Positions 26,223 through 38,202 of a stretch of 50,163 nucleotides of DNA are shown in pieces. Each line of letters opens with the position of its first letter. Within the stretch, counting starts at the first letter, position 1. The position numbers and the translations under genes were made by a program. The notes beneath the pieces were generated by a model. The model made no database searches and was not told where the DNA came from. It worked only from the letters and a program-made list of their open reading frames with translations. Origin of the DNA: Dehalococcoidia bacterium (lineage in GTDB: Bacteria > Chloroflexota > Dehalococcoidia > DSTF01 > JACRBR01); the NCBI GenBank assembly GCA_041494685.1, contig JBGQBE010000021.1, forward strand, positions 1 to 50,163. The letters run 5' to 3'.

Positions 26223-27596
26223 ATGCGACGCCGGCTGATCCTGCTGCTGATGCTCGTGCTCGCCGCGCTCGCCGGCTGCACCGACCGCGGGCTGCACTAT
26301 GTCAATGGCCGTGTGGAGGTCCGCTTCTGGCATTCGATGACGGGCGTGAACAGCAACGCCCTGCAGAAGATGGTCGACGGCTTCAATGCCTCTCAGGATC
26401 AATACACGGTCGTGCCGATCTATCAGGGCGGCTACCCCGACTCGCTGAAGAAACTCGTCGCGTCGTTCGGCACGAGCGCCATGCCGGCGATGATCCAACT
26501 CGACGACATTGAGCTGCGCTTTATGGTCGATAGCGGCGCCACCACGCCACCGCAGGACTTCATCGACCTCGACATGGCGACCTCCGGCGCCTCCGAGGGC
26601 TACCCGTCGCCGATCGATCTCTCAGACTTCGAGCCGCGCGCGATCGACTACTACACGCTGGACGGCAAGCTGCGGGCGATGCCCTTCAACCTCTCCGGCC
26701 TCGTCCTCTACTACGACCGCGACGCGTTCAAGGACGCGGGACTCGACCCGGACAGGCCGCCGGCGACGCTCGAGGAACTGCGCAGCGACTCCCAGAAGCT
26801 GCTCAAGCGCGACGCGGGCGGAGCAATCACGCGCAACGGTATCGCGCTCAGCATCGACGCGTGGAAGTTCGAACAGATGCTGGCGAAGCAGGGCGCCCTG
26901 TACGCGAACAACGGCAACGGCCGCGCCGGCCTCGCGACGGGCGTGGTGTTCGACAGCCCGCAGGGCGAAGCGATCCTGACCTGGTGGCAGGAGATGGTGA
27001 AGTCGGGCCTCGCGACGAATGTCGGGCGCCAGGGGCTGCAGGCCTTCCTGTCGATGATCACCGGCAAGAGCGCCATGGCCATCGAGTCCACGGCGTCGAT
27101 GCGGACGATCTTGATCACGCTCGGCGCGGCGTCGGCCCGCTTCGGTACCGCGCCCATGCCGTCGCTCGGCACGAACCCCGAGGGAGGCATCGTGCTGGGC
27201 GGCGCGGCGGCCTGGATCATGAAGGACCGCCCGGACGTCGAACAGCGCGGCGCCTGGGAGTTCCTGAAGTACGCCACGCAGCCGCAGGTGCAGGCGCAGT
27301 GGCACGTGGACACCGGCTACTTCCCGGTGCGCGTCTCCGCGTGGGACTTGGAGCCGGCGGCCTCGCTCCACAAGCAGTTCCCGCAGTTCACGACGGCACG
27401 CGACCAGGTCCTGCGATCGCCGCAGAACCCCGCCACCGCAGGCGCGGTGATCGGTCCGTTCACCCAGGTACGAGAGGCGATCGAGAACGCGTTCGAGGCC
27501 GTGCTCGTCGGCGGCAAGACGCCCCGCGAGGCGCTCCAGGAGGCCGCGGCGAGCGCCAACCGTGCGATCACGCGCTACAACCGCAGCGTGCAGTAG
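26223..27596 (+). CDS. ugpB: Lipoprotein solute-binding protein (UgpB-like)
   Basis: Lipobox LAGC; FWHSMTG, YQGGY, MPFN, GGAAAWI, QAQWHVDTGY. The glycerol-3-phosphate substrate is inferred. Confidence 0.75.
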   Translation: MRRRLILLLMLVLAALAGCTDRGLHYVNGRVEVRFWHSMTGVNSNALQKMVDGFNASQDQYTVVPIYQGGYPDSLKKLVASFGTSAMPAMIQLDDIELRFMVDSGATTPPQDFIDLDMATSGASEGYPSPIDLSDFEPRAIDYYTLDGKLRAMPFNLSGLVLYYDRDAFKDAGLDPDRPPATLEELRSDSQKLLKRDAGGAITRNGIALSIDAWKFEQMLAKQGALYANNGNGRAGLATGVVFDSPQGEAILTWWQEMVKSGLATNVGRQGLQAFLSMITGKSAMAIESTASMRTILITLGAASARFGTAPMPSLGTNPEGGIVLGGAAAWIMKDRPDVEQRGAWEFLKYATQPQVQAQWHVDTGYFPVRVSAWDLEPAASLHKQFPQFTTARDQVLRSPQNPATAGAVIGPFTQVREAIENAFEAVLVGGKTPREALQEAAASANRAITRYNRSVQ

Positions 27597-27619
27597 GGCT
27601 GCCGCACCGGCGGCCGCCG

Positions 27620-27811
27620 CTACGACTCTTCTACCGTGGCCCGCATTTCGATGATCGCCACGATCTCCGCCGCGGAGACATAGCGCAACCGCTCGGTCCA
27701 CAGGTCCGACGGCGGCGGGAACTTCATCAGGTCCGAATCGAGATTCCAGTCGTGGCTGATGTCCACATCGACTACGGCCCCGCCGCGAAAGACGATACGA
27801 AGGCGTTTCAT
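27620..27811 (-). CDS. Small hypothetical protein (63 aa)
   Basis: ATG with GGAGAG SD; fills the gap between operons; protein-like composition. Confidence 0.55.
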   Translation of the reverse strand: MKRLRIVFRGGAVVDVDISHDWNLDSDLMKFPPPSDLWTERLRYVSAAEIVAIIEMRATVEES

Positions 27812-27935
27812 GGCGCTCTCTCCGTTGGAATACCGGACGCGGCTCTTCGGTGCAGGCGAGTAGCCCGGGTTCGGAGTCGCTCACAGGACGGGCATCCGAC
27901 AGCATCAGCCTAGGAGCGGCTCTCCTCCTCCCCCA

Positions 27936-28000
27936 GTGCCGAACAGGCTCCACCCGTCCGCCAGACGGCCCTTGTAGGCGGCGTCATACGAGCGGATGAT
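27936..28000 (+). promoter_or_regulatory. acsA promoter TTGTAG-17-GATGAT with boxes at 27936 and 27958
   Basis: GTGCCGAACAGGCT and CCGCCAGACGGCCC 22 bp apart; the second abuts the -35. Confidence 0.45.
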
Positions 28001-28038
28001 GAGGAACGGCAGTTTCTGCGATGGCTCCGGGAGATCCG

Positions 28039-29807
<1,769 letters not shown>

Positions 29808-29811
<4 letters not shown>

Positions 29812-30806
29812 GCCGGCGCAAAGCGGTCACGCCGCCCGCGGACACCCCCCTCGAACGAGAGCATGGCATCGCGCTCCTGCACGGCATGCTGCGCATCCGC
29901 CGGTTCGAGGAGAAGGCGGCGGAGTTGTACCAGGCCGGCAAGATTCGCGGCTTCCTCCATCTCTACATCGGCGAAGAAGCGGTCGCTGTCGGCGCCATGG
30001 GCGCGCTCCGGCCTGACGACGCGATCGTCGCCACCTATCGCGACCACGGCCACGCGCTGGCGCGCGGTATTCCGGCCGGCGCGCTCATGGCGGAGATGTA
30101 CGGCAAAGCGAACGGCTGCAGCCGCGGACGCGGCGGCTCGATGCACTTCTTCGATCTCAGCCGCCGCTTCTTCGGCGGCTACGCGATCGTCGGCGGAGGG
30201 CTGCCGATCGCCGTGGGACTCGCCCTCGCCGACAAAATGCGAGGGGCGGCCCCGATTACGGCGTGCTTCTTCGGCGAAGGGGCGGTTGCGGAGGGAGAGT
30301 TCCACGAGTCACTGAACCTCGCGCGGCTCTGGCAGCTCCCCGTGCTGTTCCTGTGCGAGAATAACCGCTACGCGATGGGGACCGCCCTCGAGCGTTCCGA
30401 ATCGGTGACGGACCTGCGCCGCAAGGCCGAGGCGTACGACGTGGCCGCCGAGACGGTCGACGGCATGGACGTCGCGGCGGTCGAAGCCGCGACGCGGAAG
30501 GCCGTCGAGGCGGTCCGCTCCGGCGGCGGCCCGCGCCTGGTCGAGTTCGAGACGTACCGCTTCCGCGGGCATTCGATGGCCGACCCGGAACTCTACCGCG
30601 CGAGGGAGGAAGTGGAGCTTTGGAAGCAGCGCGATCCGATCGCCGCATTCACCGGGCGGCTGCGCGAACGCGGCATGCTCTCCGACGCGGACCTGGAGTC
30701 TCTCGAGGCCGCCGTTGCACGAGAGATCGACGACGCGGTCGCGTTCGCCGAGGCGGGGCCGTGGGAACCGGTCGAGGATCTGGCGAAGTTCGTGATGAGT
30801 GACTGA
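29808..30806 (+). CDS. pdhA: Pyruvate dehydrogenase E1 alpha
   Basis: [28 protein letters not shown] motif GEGA...[13 protein letters not shown]. Confidence 0.92.
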
Positions 30807-31785
30807 GCCGATGACGACGATGACCTATCGCGAGGCACTGAGGTCGGCCCTTCGAGACGCGCTCCTGGCCGACGAGCGCGTGTTCCTGATGGGCGAGGAC
30901 GTGGGCCGCTACGGCGGCGCGTTCGCCGTCAGCCACGGTCTCATCGACGAGTTCGGTCCGGAGCGCGTCCGTGACGCGCCGCTGTCGGAGTCAGCGTTCG
31001 TCGGCGCGGGGATCGGCGCCGCGCTTAACGGCATGCGGCCCATCGTCGAAGTGATGACGGTCAACTTCAGCATGCTGGCGATGGATCAGATTCTCAACAA
31101 CGCGGCGACGCTACGGTACATGTCAGGTGGCCAGCTGAACATCCCGCTGGTCGTGCGCATGGCGACCGGCGGCGGCCGTCAACTCGGCGCGCAGCACTCG
31201 CACAGCCTGGAAGGCTGGTACGCGCACATCCCCGGCATCACGGTGCTGTCGCCGGCCACCGTGGCCGATGCCCGCGGCATGGTGCTCGCGGCGATCCAGC
31301 GGCCCGACCCGGTGTTCATCTTCGAACACGCGACGCTCTACCCGGTGGAAGACGACATCGACGCGCAGTCGGGCGCCGTGGAGATCGAACATGCGGCTGT
31401 CCGGCGGCGGGGCAAGGACGTCACGCTAATCGGGTACGGAGCATCGCTGGGCAAGGCGCTAAGCGCATCCACGGAACTGGCCGCGCAGGGGATCGAAGCG
31501 GACGTCATCGACCTGCGCGTCTTGCGCCCGCTGGACATGGACACGGTGCTCGAGTCAGTTGCCAAGACGCACCGCGCTCTCATGGTCGACGAGGCGTGGC
31601 GGACGGGCAGCCTGGCGGCGGAGGTCTCGGCACAGATCACGGAACGGGGCTTCGACTACCTCGACTGGCCCGTCGCCCGCGTCTGCGGCGCGGAGGTACC
31701 GGCGCCGTACGCCAGGCACATGGAAGACGCATCGCTCCCACAGACCCCGGCGATCGTGGAAGCCGTGCAGGAGATGTTCGCGTAA
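30799..31785 (+). CDS. pdhB: Pyruvate dehydrogenase E1 beta
   Basis: [31 protein letters not shown]. Confidence 0.92.
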   Translation: MTEPMTTMTYREALRSALRDALLADERVFLMGEDVGRYGGAFAVSHGLIDEFGPERVRDAPLSESAFVGAGIGAALNGMRPIVEVMTVNFSMLAMDQILNNAATLRYMSGGQLNIPLVVRMATGGGRQLGAQHSHSLEGWYAHIPGITVLSPATVADARGMVLAAIQRPDPVFIFEHATLYPVEDDIDAQSGAVEIEHAAVRRRGKDVTLIGYGASLGKALSASTELAAQGIEADVIDLRVLRPLDMDTVLESVAKTHRALMVDEAWRTGSLAAEVSAQITERGFDYLDWPVARVCGAEVPAPYARHMEDASLPQTPAIVEAVQEMFA

Positions 31786-31786
31786 C

Positions 31787-32971
31787 ATGTCGGAATTCCT
31801 GATGCCCATCCTCGGCGCGGATATGCAGAGCGGCACGCTTGTCGAGTGGAAGAAGCAGCCGGGCGATCGCGTGGCGCGCGGCGACATCATCGCCGAAGTC
31901 GAGACCGACAAGGCTGACGTCGAGGTCGAGATCTTCATGACGGGCGTCCTCGAACGGGTACTCGTGGAGCCCGGTACGAAGGTGCCCGTCGGCACACCGC
32001 TCGCGATCATCCGTGAAGAAGGCGCCGCCGCGGCTCCGGCTCCCGCCCCCGCGCCTGCGCCGCCGACACCGCCAGCCGCGCGCCCCACACCACGCCCTGC
32101 GGAGGCCGGCCGACCACCGCGCGCGCCCGCCGGCGAGCGGCTGCGGGTGAGCCCCTCGGCCAGGCAGCTGGCCGCCGAGCTGCACGTCGATCTCGCGACG
32201 GTCACGGGCAGCGGGCCGGACGGCCGCATCATGCGGCGCGACATCGAGGAGGCCGCGGCGCATGCAGCTCCGGTGCCCGAGGCGGCGCCACCCGCCGTGT
32301 CGGACCGGCAGGCGCGGATGCGCCAGGCGATCGCGGCGGCGATGACCCGCTCCGCCCGCGAGATCCCGCACTTCCACCTCTCGACCACCATCGACATGAG
32401 CCGCACGATGACATGGCTCACCGAGGAGAACAGCCGCAAACCCATCACTGACCGGCTTCTGTACGGGGTTCTGCTCATCAAGGCCGTGGCGTTGGCGCTC
32501 CGGGAGGCGCCCGAGTTCAACGCGGTCTGGGCCGGTGATGGCGTTCGCCTCATCCCGGCGATCCACGTCGGCGTGGCGATCTCCTTGCGCGGTGGCGGTC
32601 TCATCGCGCCGGCGCTGCACGACACGGACCAGCAGCGGCTCGATGGGTTGATGAAGGACTTCCGCGACCTGGTGAAGCGCGCGCGCGCGGGCTCGCTGCG
32701 CAGCTCCGAAGTGTCCGACCCCACGATCACCATCACGAGCCTGGGTGAGACGGGGGCGGAGTCCGTGTTCGGCCTGATCTACCCGCCGCAGGTCGCGCTC
32801 GTTGGATTCGGCAGGGTGACGGAGCGGGCGGTCGTCGTGAACGGAGGACTGTTTGTCCATCCGGTGATCACGGCCACGCTCTCCGCGGACCACCGGGTCG
32901 CCGACGGCCACCGCGGGAGCCTGTTCCTCGCCGCCATCGACCGCCTGTTGCAGGAGCCTTCGCAGCTATGA
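31787..32971 (+). CDS. pdhC: Dihydrolipoamide acetyltransferase E2
   Basis: Lipoyl motif ETDKA, Pro/Ala linker, subunit-binding domain GSGPDGRI, catalytic DHRVADG. Confidence 0.92.
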   Translation: MSEFLMPILGADMQSGTLVEWKKQPGDRVARGDIIAEVETDKADVEVEIFMTGVLERVLVEPGTKVPVGTPLAIIREEGAAAAPAPAPAPAPPTPPAARPTPRPAEAGRPPRAPAGERLRVSPSARQLAAELHVDLATVTGSGPDGRIMRRDIEEAAAHAAPVPEAAPPAVSDRQARMRQAIAAAMTRSAREIPHFHLSTTIDMSRTMTWLTEENSRKPITDRLLYGVLLIKAVALALREAPEFNAVWAGDGVRLIPAIHVGVAISLRGGGLIAPALHDTDQQRLDGLMKDFRDLVKRARAGSLRSSEVSDPTITITSLGETGAESVFGLIYPPQVALVGFGRVTERAVVVNGGLFVHPVITATLSADHRVADGHRGSLFLAAIDRLLQEPSQL

Positions 32972-33225
32972 ACGACGACAAGACCCGCCAGAGAGTGCTC
33001 CGCTTACTGGGCGACATCGCGCCCGAGGCCGACCTGCCGTCGCTGGATCCGGACGCGCGGATCCGCGACCAGCTCGACATCGATTCGATGGACGCGCTGA
33101 ACTTCCTGATCTCCATCCACGAGGAGTTCGGCATCGACATCCCTGAAGCAGACTACCCCCGCCTTGCCACGCTCAACGCGATCGTCGACTATCTCGGCAA
33201 GAAGCAAGCCGAGCAGCGCGGGTAA
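32968..33225 (+). CDS. Acyl carrier protein
   Basis: LDIDSMD phosphopantetheine Ser motif, EEFGIDIPE; ATGA overlap with E2. Confidence 0.9.
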   Translation: MNDDKTRQRVLRLLGDIAPEADLPSLDPDARIRDQLDIDSMDALNFLISIHEEFGIDIPEADYPRLATLNAIVDYLGKKQAEQRG

Positions 33226-33236
33226 ACGCCGCGCGC

Positions 33237-33333
33237 GGGCCGAGCGGCCAGGTGGCTCGCGGTCCGGGCGTCCAGTGATCCCGTCTCGGCGTACCGAATG
33301 GCCCGTGCGCCGCGCGCTGCCGCTTGCGAGGAT
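33237..33333 (+). promoter_or_regulatory. GNAT operon promoter GTGCGC-17-GAGGAT with boxes at 33237, 33269, 33291
   Basis: GGGCCGAGCGGCCA, CGTCCAGTGATCCC, GTACCGAATGGCCC; the last abuts the -35. Confidence 0.45.
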
Positions 33334-33399
33334 GAAATCGTGCACTGCGGACCGGTTCGAGGACGGCCGCTAGGGATGGACTGAGATGGAGGCCGTGGC

Positions 33400-33978
33400 A
33401 TGACCGTCTACAAGCTCACCGCATATCCGAAGCAGATCACTCTGCGTGACGGACGGCCTGTCACGGTGCGACCGCTGGCGGAGACGGACAGCGACGCGCT
33501 GTACCAGTTCTTCACGCGCGTGCCGGCAGAGGATCGGTACTTCCTCAAGGACGACGTAACCTCGGAGAACGTCGCTCGCAAATGGACGTCGGAGCGTGAC
33601 TTCGACCGGATCCTGCCGCTCGTCGCCATGGTGGGCGGCGAGATCGTGGCCGACGCTACCCTGATCCGCAGCCGCCACGGCGCCTATCGCAGCGTAGCCG
33701 GCATCCGCGTGGTCGTCGCGCCGGACTACCGCTACCAGGGACTCGGGACGGCGCTGCTGCGGGACCTCTGCGATATCGCCGCCGACGCCGAACTCGAGAA
33801 AGTGACGGCGGAACTCGTCGCGGGAGTCCAGGACGACGCCATCGCCGCGACGGAGCAGCTCGGCTTCATCAGGGCGGCGACGATCCACGAACTGCTGCGC
33901 GACGAGCAGGGCCACACGCACGACGTCATCGTCATGGTGCTGCCACTCGGCAAGTGGTACCAGTGGTACAAGTTCTGA
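33400..33978 (+). CDS. GNAT family acetyltransferase
   Basis: LRDGRPVTVRPL N-terminus; motif A VAPDYRYQGLGTALL; GGAGG SD. Confidence 0.9.
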   Translation: MTVYKLTAYPKQITLRDGRPVTVRPLAETDSDALYQFFTRVPAEDRYFLKDDVTSENVARKWTSERDFDRILPLVAMVGGEIVADATLIRSRHGAYRSVAGIRVVVAPDYRYQGLGTALLRDLCDIAADAELEKVTAELVAGVQDDAIAATEQLGFIRAATIHELLRDEQGHTHDVIVMVLPLGKWYQWYKF

Positions 33979-34017
33979 GCGCGCGGCCTCACGGCGCGGC
34001 CGCGGCAGGGTGAGCGC

Positions 34018-35010
34018 ATGAGGGCGATGGTTCTGACGCACGCCGGCCGCGCCGAAGATCGGCTCCTCGCCGCCCAGGACGTGCCCGAACCTGATCCCGG
34101 CCGCGGCCAGGTGTTGATCCGCGTCGAGGCGTGCGGCGTGTGCCGCACCGATCTGCACATCGTCGAAGGAGAAGTGCCGGCCGCCATGCCGCTGATCCCG
34201 GGCCACCAGGCCGCCGGGCGCATCGTGGCGCTGGGCGACGGCGTCGATGTGTTCCGCGTGGGCGACATGGTGGGCGTCGGATGGCCGTTCAGCACCTGCG
34301 GCACCTGCGCCTTCTGCGCGTCCGGCCGCGAGAACCTCTGCGCTGACGCGCGGTTCACCGGCCGCGACGCCGACGGCGGCTACGCCGAGCAGATGATCGC
34401 TGACGCACGCTATGTGTACCGGCTGCCCCCATCGTTCGCGCCGCTCGACGCGGCGCCGCTGCTGTGCGCGGGGATCATCGGCTATCGCTCCCTGCGGCTG
34501 TCGGAGATCAAACCCGGCGGGCGGCTCGGGCTCATCGGATTCGGCGCGTCGGCCCATCTGGCGATCCAGGTCGCTCGGCACTGGGGCTGCGAGGTATACG
34601 CGTTCACGCGCGAGGAGCACCACCGGCGACTGGCGCTGGACCTGGGCGCGGCCTGGGCCGGCCAAGCGTGGGACGACCCTGGCGTGCCGCTCGATGCGGC
34701 GGTGATCTTCGCGCCGGCGGGAGAGTTGGTGCCGCAGGCGCTGGCGCGCCTCGCCCGGGGCGGCACGCTGGCGATCAACGCGATCCACATGAGCGACATC
34801 CCTCCACTCCGCTACGCCGCGCTGTATCACGAACGCACGGTCCGCAGCGTCGCGAACTTCACGCGCCGCGACGCCGAAGAGTTCCTTGCGCTCGCCGCCG
34901 AGATCCCGATCCGCGCCGACATTGAGCGCTTCCGCCTGGAGGACGCCAACGAGGTCCTGCTGCGCATCAAGCAGGGCGCCGTGCACGGCGCCGCCGTGCT
35001 GGAGATCTAG
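34018..35010 (+). CDS. Zinc-dependent alcohol dehydrogenase family protein
   Basis: CGVCRTDLH, PGHQ, CGTCAFC...ENLC, APLLCAG, GFGASA. Confidence 0.92.
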   Translation: MRAMVLTHAGRAEDRLLAAQDVPEPDPGRGQVLIRVEACGVCRTDLHIVEGEVPAAMPLIPGHQAAGRIVALGDGVDVFRVGDMVGVGWPFSTCGTCAFCASGRENLCADARFTGRDADGGYAEQMIADARYVYRLPPSFAPLDAAPLLCAGIIGYRSLRLSEIKPGGRLGLIGFGASAHLAIQVARHWGCEVYAFTREEHHRRLALDLGAAWAGQAWDDPGVPLDAAVIFAPAGELVPQALARLARGGTLAINAIHMSDIPPLRYAALYHERTVRSVANFTRRDAEEFLALAAEIPIRADIERFRLEDANEVLLRIKQGAVHGAAVLEI

Positions 35011-35054
35011 CGGCCGCGCGATGCGGCGACAGATGCGTGAACGGAGGGAGGTCG

Positions 35055-36422
35055 ATGGTATCCACGGGGCATGACGATGCCGGCGACGCGCGACGGACGC
35101 GCGTGCTCATCCTGGGCGCGGCCGGACGCGACTTCCACAACTTCAACACCGTGTTCCGCCGCGACTCGCGCTACGAGGTCGTCGCCTTCACGGCGGCGCA
35201 GATCCCGAACATCGCCGGCAGGATCTACCCGCCGCAGCTGGCCGGCGACCTCTATCCCCAAGGCATCCCAATCCGGACGGAGGCCGGATGGGAGGCGGTC
35301 GTGGACGATCGTGCGATCGACCAGGTCGTGTTCGCCTACAGCGACATCTCGCACGAAGCGGTGATGCACATCGCGTCCAGGGCGCTGGCGCACGGCGCCG
35401 ACTTCCGTCTGCTCGGCCCGCGCGCCACGATGCTTCGCTCCGCCAGGCCGGTGATCTCGGTGTGCGCTGTCCGGACGGGATGCGGGAAGAGCCCGGCGGC
35501 CCGCGCCATCGCCCGCGCCGTGCGGGACGCCGGACTGCGCGTGGCGGTCGTCCGGCATCCGATGCCGTACGGCGATCTTGCCGCGCAGGCCGTGCAGCGC
35601 TTCGCAAGCCTCGAAGACCTGCGGCTGAACAACTGCACGATCGAGGAGATGGAGGAGTACGAGCCGCACATCGCCCAGGGCGACATCCTGTTCGCAGGCG
35701 TGGATTACGAGCGGATCCTCCGGGCGGCCGAGGCTGAAGCCGACGTCATCATCTGGGACGGCGGCAACAACGATCTGCCGTTCTTCGTCCCCAACCTCGA
35801 AATCGTGCTCGTGGACCCCCATCGCGCGGGTGACGAAGAGACATACTTCCCCGGCGAGGCGAACCTGCTCCGCGCCGACGTGATCGTGCTCGCGAAGCTG
35901 GACACGGCGGCAGCCGACCAGGTCGCCGCCGTCCGCGAGCGCATCAAGGCGGCAAATCCGTCCGCGACCGTCGTGGACTCCGCGATGCCGTTGAGCGTCG
36001 ACACGCCGTCGCTGCTCGCCGGCGCGCGCGTGCTGGTCATCGAGGACGGTCCGACGCTCACGCACGGCGGCATGAGCTACGGCGCCGGACTGCTCGCCGC
36101 CAAGCGCTTCCAGGCTCGCGAACTCGTCGATCCGCGACCGTACGCCGTCGGCAGCATCCGCGAGACCTTCGCCGCGCACCCCCACATCGGGCCGCTGCTC
36201 CCGGCAATGGGCTACGGCGCCGCCCAGGTGCAAGAGCTCGCCGATACGATCAACGCAACGCCCTGCGACGTAGTGCTCATCGCGACGCCCGTCGACTTGC
36301 GCCGGATCATCAACGTGGCCCACCCCACGTGCCGGTTGACGTACGAGTTCGCCACGACCCGAAGCCCGGGCCTCCCCGAAATCCTGGCAAACGTCATCGC
36401 CGAGGCGAAGCGGCATGTCTGA
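35055..36422 (+). CDS. COG2403 P-loop ATPase (cyclic 2,3-diphosphoglycerate synthetase-like); candidate arginine synthetase ArcE
   Basis: GAAGRDFHNFN, AVRTGCGKS, RHPMPYG, TIEEMEEYEPH, WDGGNND, EDGPTLTHGG; overlaps the carbamate kinase start. Confidence 0.75.
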   Translation: MVSTGHDDAGDARRTRVLILGAAGRDFHNFNTVFRRDSRYEVVAFTAAQIPNIAGRIYPPQLAGDLYPQGIPIRTEAGWEAVVDDRAIDQVVFAYSDISHEAVMHIASRALAHGADFRLLGPRATMLRSARPVISVCAVRTGCGKSPAARAIARAVRDAGLRVAVVRHPMPYGDLAAQAVQRFASLEDLRLNNCTIEEMEEYEPHIAQGDILFAGVDYERILRAAEAEADVIIWDGGNNDLPFFVPNLEIVLVDPHRAGDEETYFPGEANLLRADVIVLAKLDTAAADQVAAVRERIKAANPSATVVDSAMPLSVDTPSLLAGARVLVIEDGPTLTHGGMSYGAGLLAAKRFQARELVDPRPYAVGSIRETFAAHPHIGPLLPAMGYGAAQVQELADTINATPCDVVLIATPVDLRRIINVAHPTCRLTYEFATTRSPGLPEILANVIAEAKRHV

Positions 36423-37356
36423 GCTGGTCGTCGTAGCGCTCGGCGGGAACGCGCTGATCCGGGCCGGTCAGCGAGGGACCATCGATGAGCAAGCCGCCAA
36501 CCTCGACACCGCGCTTGCGGTCGCCGGCGAGCTCATCGCGAGAGAGTGCCGCGTGCTCGTCACGCACGGCAACGGCCCGCAGGTGGGCCACATCCTGCTG
36601 CGCGCCGAGGCCGCGTGCGGAAGGGCCTATGACCTGCCGCTCGACGTCTGCGTCGCGCAATCACAGGGCGAGACCGGATACCTCATCGAACAGCGTCTGG
36701 AAGGGCTGTTGCGGCAGCGTGCAGTCCGCCGGCGAATCGCGGCGGTCGTCACGCGCACGGTCGTTGACCTTGACGACCCGGCCTTTCGCGCACCCACGAA
36801 GCCGATCGGCCCGTTCTACACCGCGGACCAGGCGGACGCGCTGAGACAGCGCGGCGTCGCCGTCGTCGAGGACGCGCATCGCGGCTTCCGGCGGGTCGTG
36901 CCATCGCCCGCGCCCCTGCGGATCGTCGAGACGGAGGTCATCCGCGACCTCGCCGCCGCTGGCACGATCGTCATCGCGGCGGGCGGCGGCGGCATCCCCG
37001 TGTCCGTCACAGAGAGCGGCGCACTCACAGGCGTCGAGGCCGTCGTCGACAAGGATCTGTCGGGCGGACTGCTCGCGGCGGAACTCGGCGCCACCCGCAT
37101 CATCGACCTGACGTCGGTCGAGTACGTCCAGGCGTGGTTCGGCACCGCGAGGGAGCGTCCGCTCGAGCGCATGACCACGGCGGAAGCGAAGCGCTACATG
37201 GCTGACGGGCACTTCCTGCCCGGTTCCATGCAGCCCAAGATGGAAGCGGCGATCCGTTTCCTCGATCGCGGCGGGCGCGAGTTCATCGTGACCACGCCCG
37301 AACGCGCCATCGAGGCCATCGACGGCCGCGCAGGCACGCACGTCGTCCCGGCGTGA
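36415..37356 (+). CDS. arcC: Carbamate kinase
   Basis: VALGGNAL, THGNGPQVG, PTKPIGPFY, RRVVPSP, GGGGIPV, EAVVDKD, GSMQPK. Confidence 0.96.
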   Translation: MSELVVVALGGNALIRAGQRGTIDEQAANLDTALAVAGELIARECRVLVTHGNGPQVGHILLRAEAACGRAYDLPLDVCVAQSQGETGYLIEQRLEGLLRQRAVRRRIAAVVTRTVVDLDDPAFRAPTKPIGPFYTADQADALRQRGVAVVEDAHRGFRRVVPSPAPLRIVETEVIRDLAAAGTIVIAAGGGGIPVSVTESGALTGVEAVVDKDLSGGLLAAELGATRIIDLTSVEYVQAWFGTARERPLERMTTAEAKRYMADGHFLPGSMQPKMEAAIRFLDRGGREFIVTTPERAIEAIDGRAGTHVVPA

Positions 37357-37396
37357 TCGTCGAGGCAGGCGGCGCGCCCACGGCGAACGGCCACGC

Positions 37397-37960
37397 TCAT
37401 ACGTGCCGCCGGCGCCGCGCGGGAGGCTTCCGCTTCGGTCGCCGCTTCGCCGTGCCGCGCTCGATCGCCGCGCCGATGATCGCGCGCGCGCGCCGCTCAC
37501 CGATGCGGCGATCCTCCATCAGCACTGCCGCGAGCTGCTGGATCGCCAGCCGCCCGGGGCGGGCGCGAAGCAGCGTCCGCGTGTGCTCCCACAACCAGCG
37601 CTCGTACGCCCTCAGTTCCTCGACGCTGGCCGTGACCAGCGACGCGTAGCGCGCCGCGTCGTGCAGATCCGCGTGGGCGCCGCGCCAGTTGTGGCGGCCG
37701 GTGAGCAGGCTCTCGGCGATCACGCCGGCCAGCGAAACGATGATCATCGTCTCGATGCGCCTGCGCGTCCGCAGCGCCGCGCTGGAGTCCAAGTCAAGAA
37801 CGATCGCCGTCTCGCTGAACTCGCAACGCCCCAGCGTGCCGGTATCCGGGACGATCGAGATGCTCGTGAACCGCAGGTGCCGCAGGTAGGCCGCCACGGC
37901 GTGCCCCGCCTCGTGGTACGCCGTGCGCTCGACGCGCGTCACGCGCCGCGACGCCGTCAC
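37397..37960 (-). CDS. Stand-alone FtsH/M41-like HExxH metallopeptidase domain
   Basis: TAYHEAGHAVAA, LAGVIAE, GAHADL; start uncertain. Confidence 0.7.
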   Translation of the reverse strand: MTASRRVTRVERTAYHEAGHAVAAYLRHLRFTSISIVPDTGTLGRCEFSETAIVLDLDSSAALRTRRRIETMIIVSLAGVIAESLLTGRHNWRGAHADLHDAARYASLVTASVEELRAYERWLWEHTRTLLRARPGRLAIQQLAAVLMEDRRIGERRARAIIGAAIERGTAKRRPKRKPPARRRRHV

Positions 37961-38202
37961 AGGCACCGCATCCGCACAGGTAGCGATCTCACCGCTCCGG
38001 CGAGCTCGACCGCGAAACGCGTCATGCCTTGCCGCCCCCGTCCCACAATGTGACCGACCAGCCTCGCGGCCAGTCGCCTGCACGATCGCGGTGAGTGTAC
38101 CGGCAGAAGATGAAGCGCCGCGTCTCCCGGGCCCCGAACCGATATGCTGGCTCCGGGACGGCTGCTGTCCGCGGCCGCGAATGCCGTCGATCCGGGACAT
38201 CC

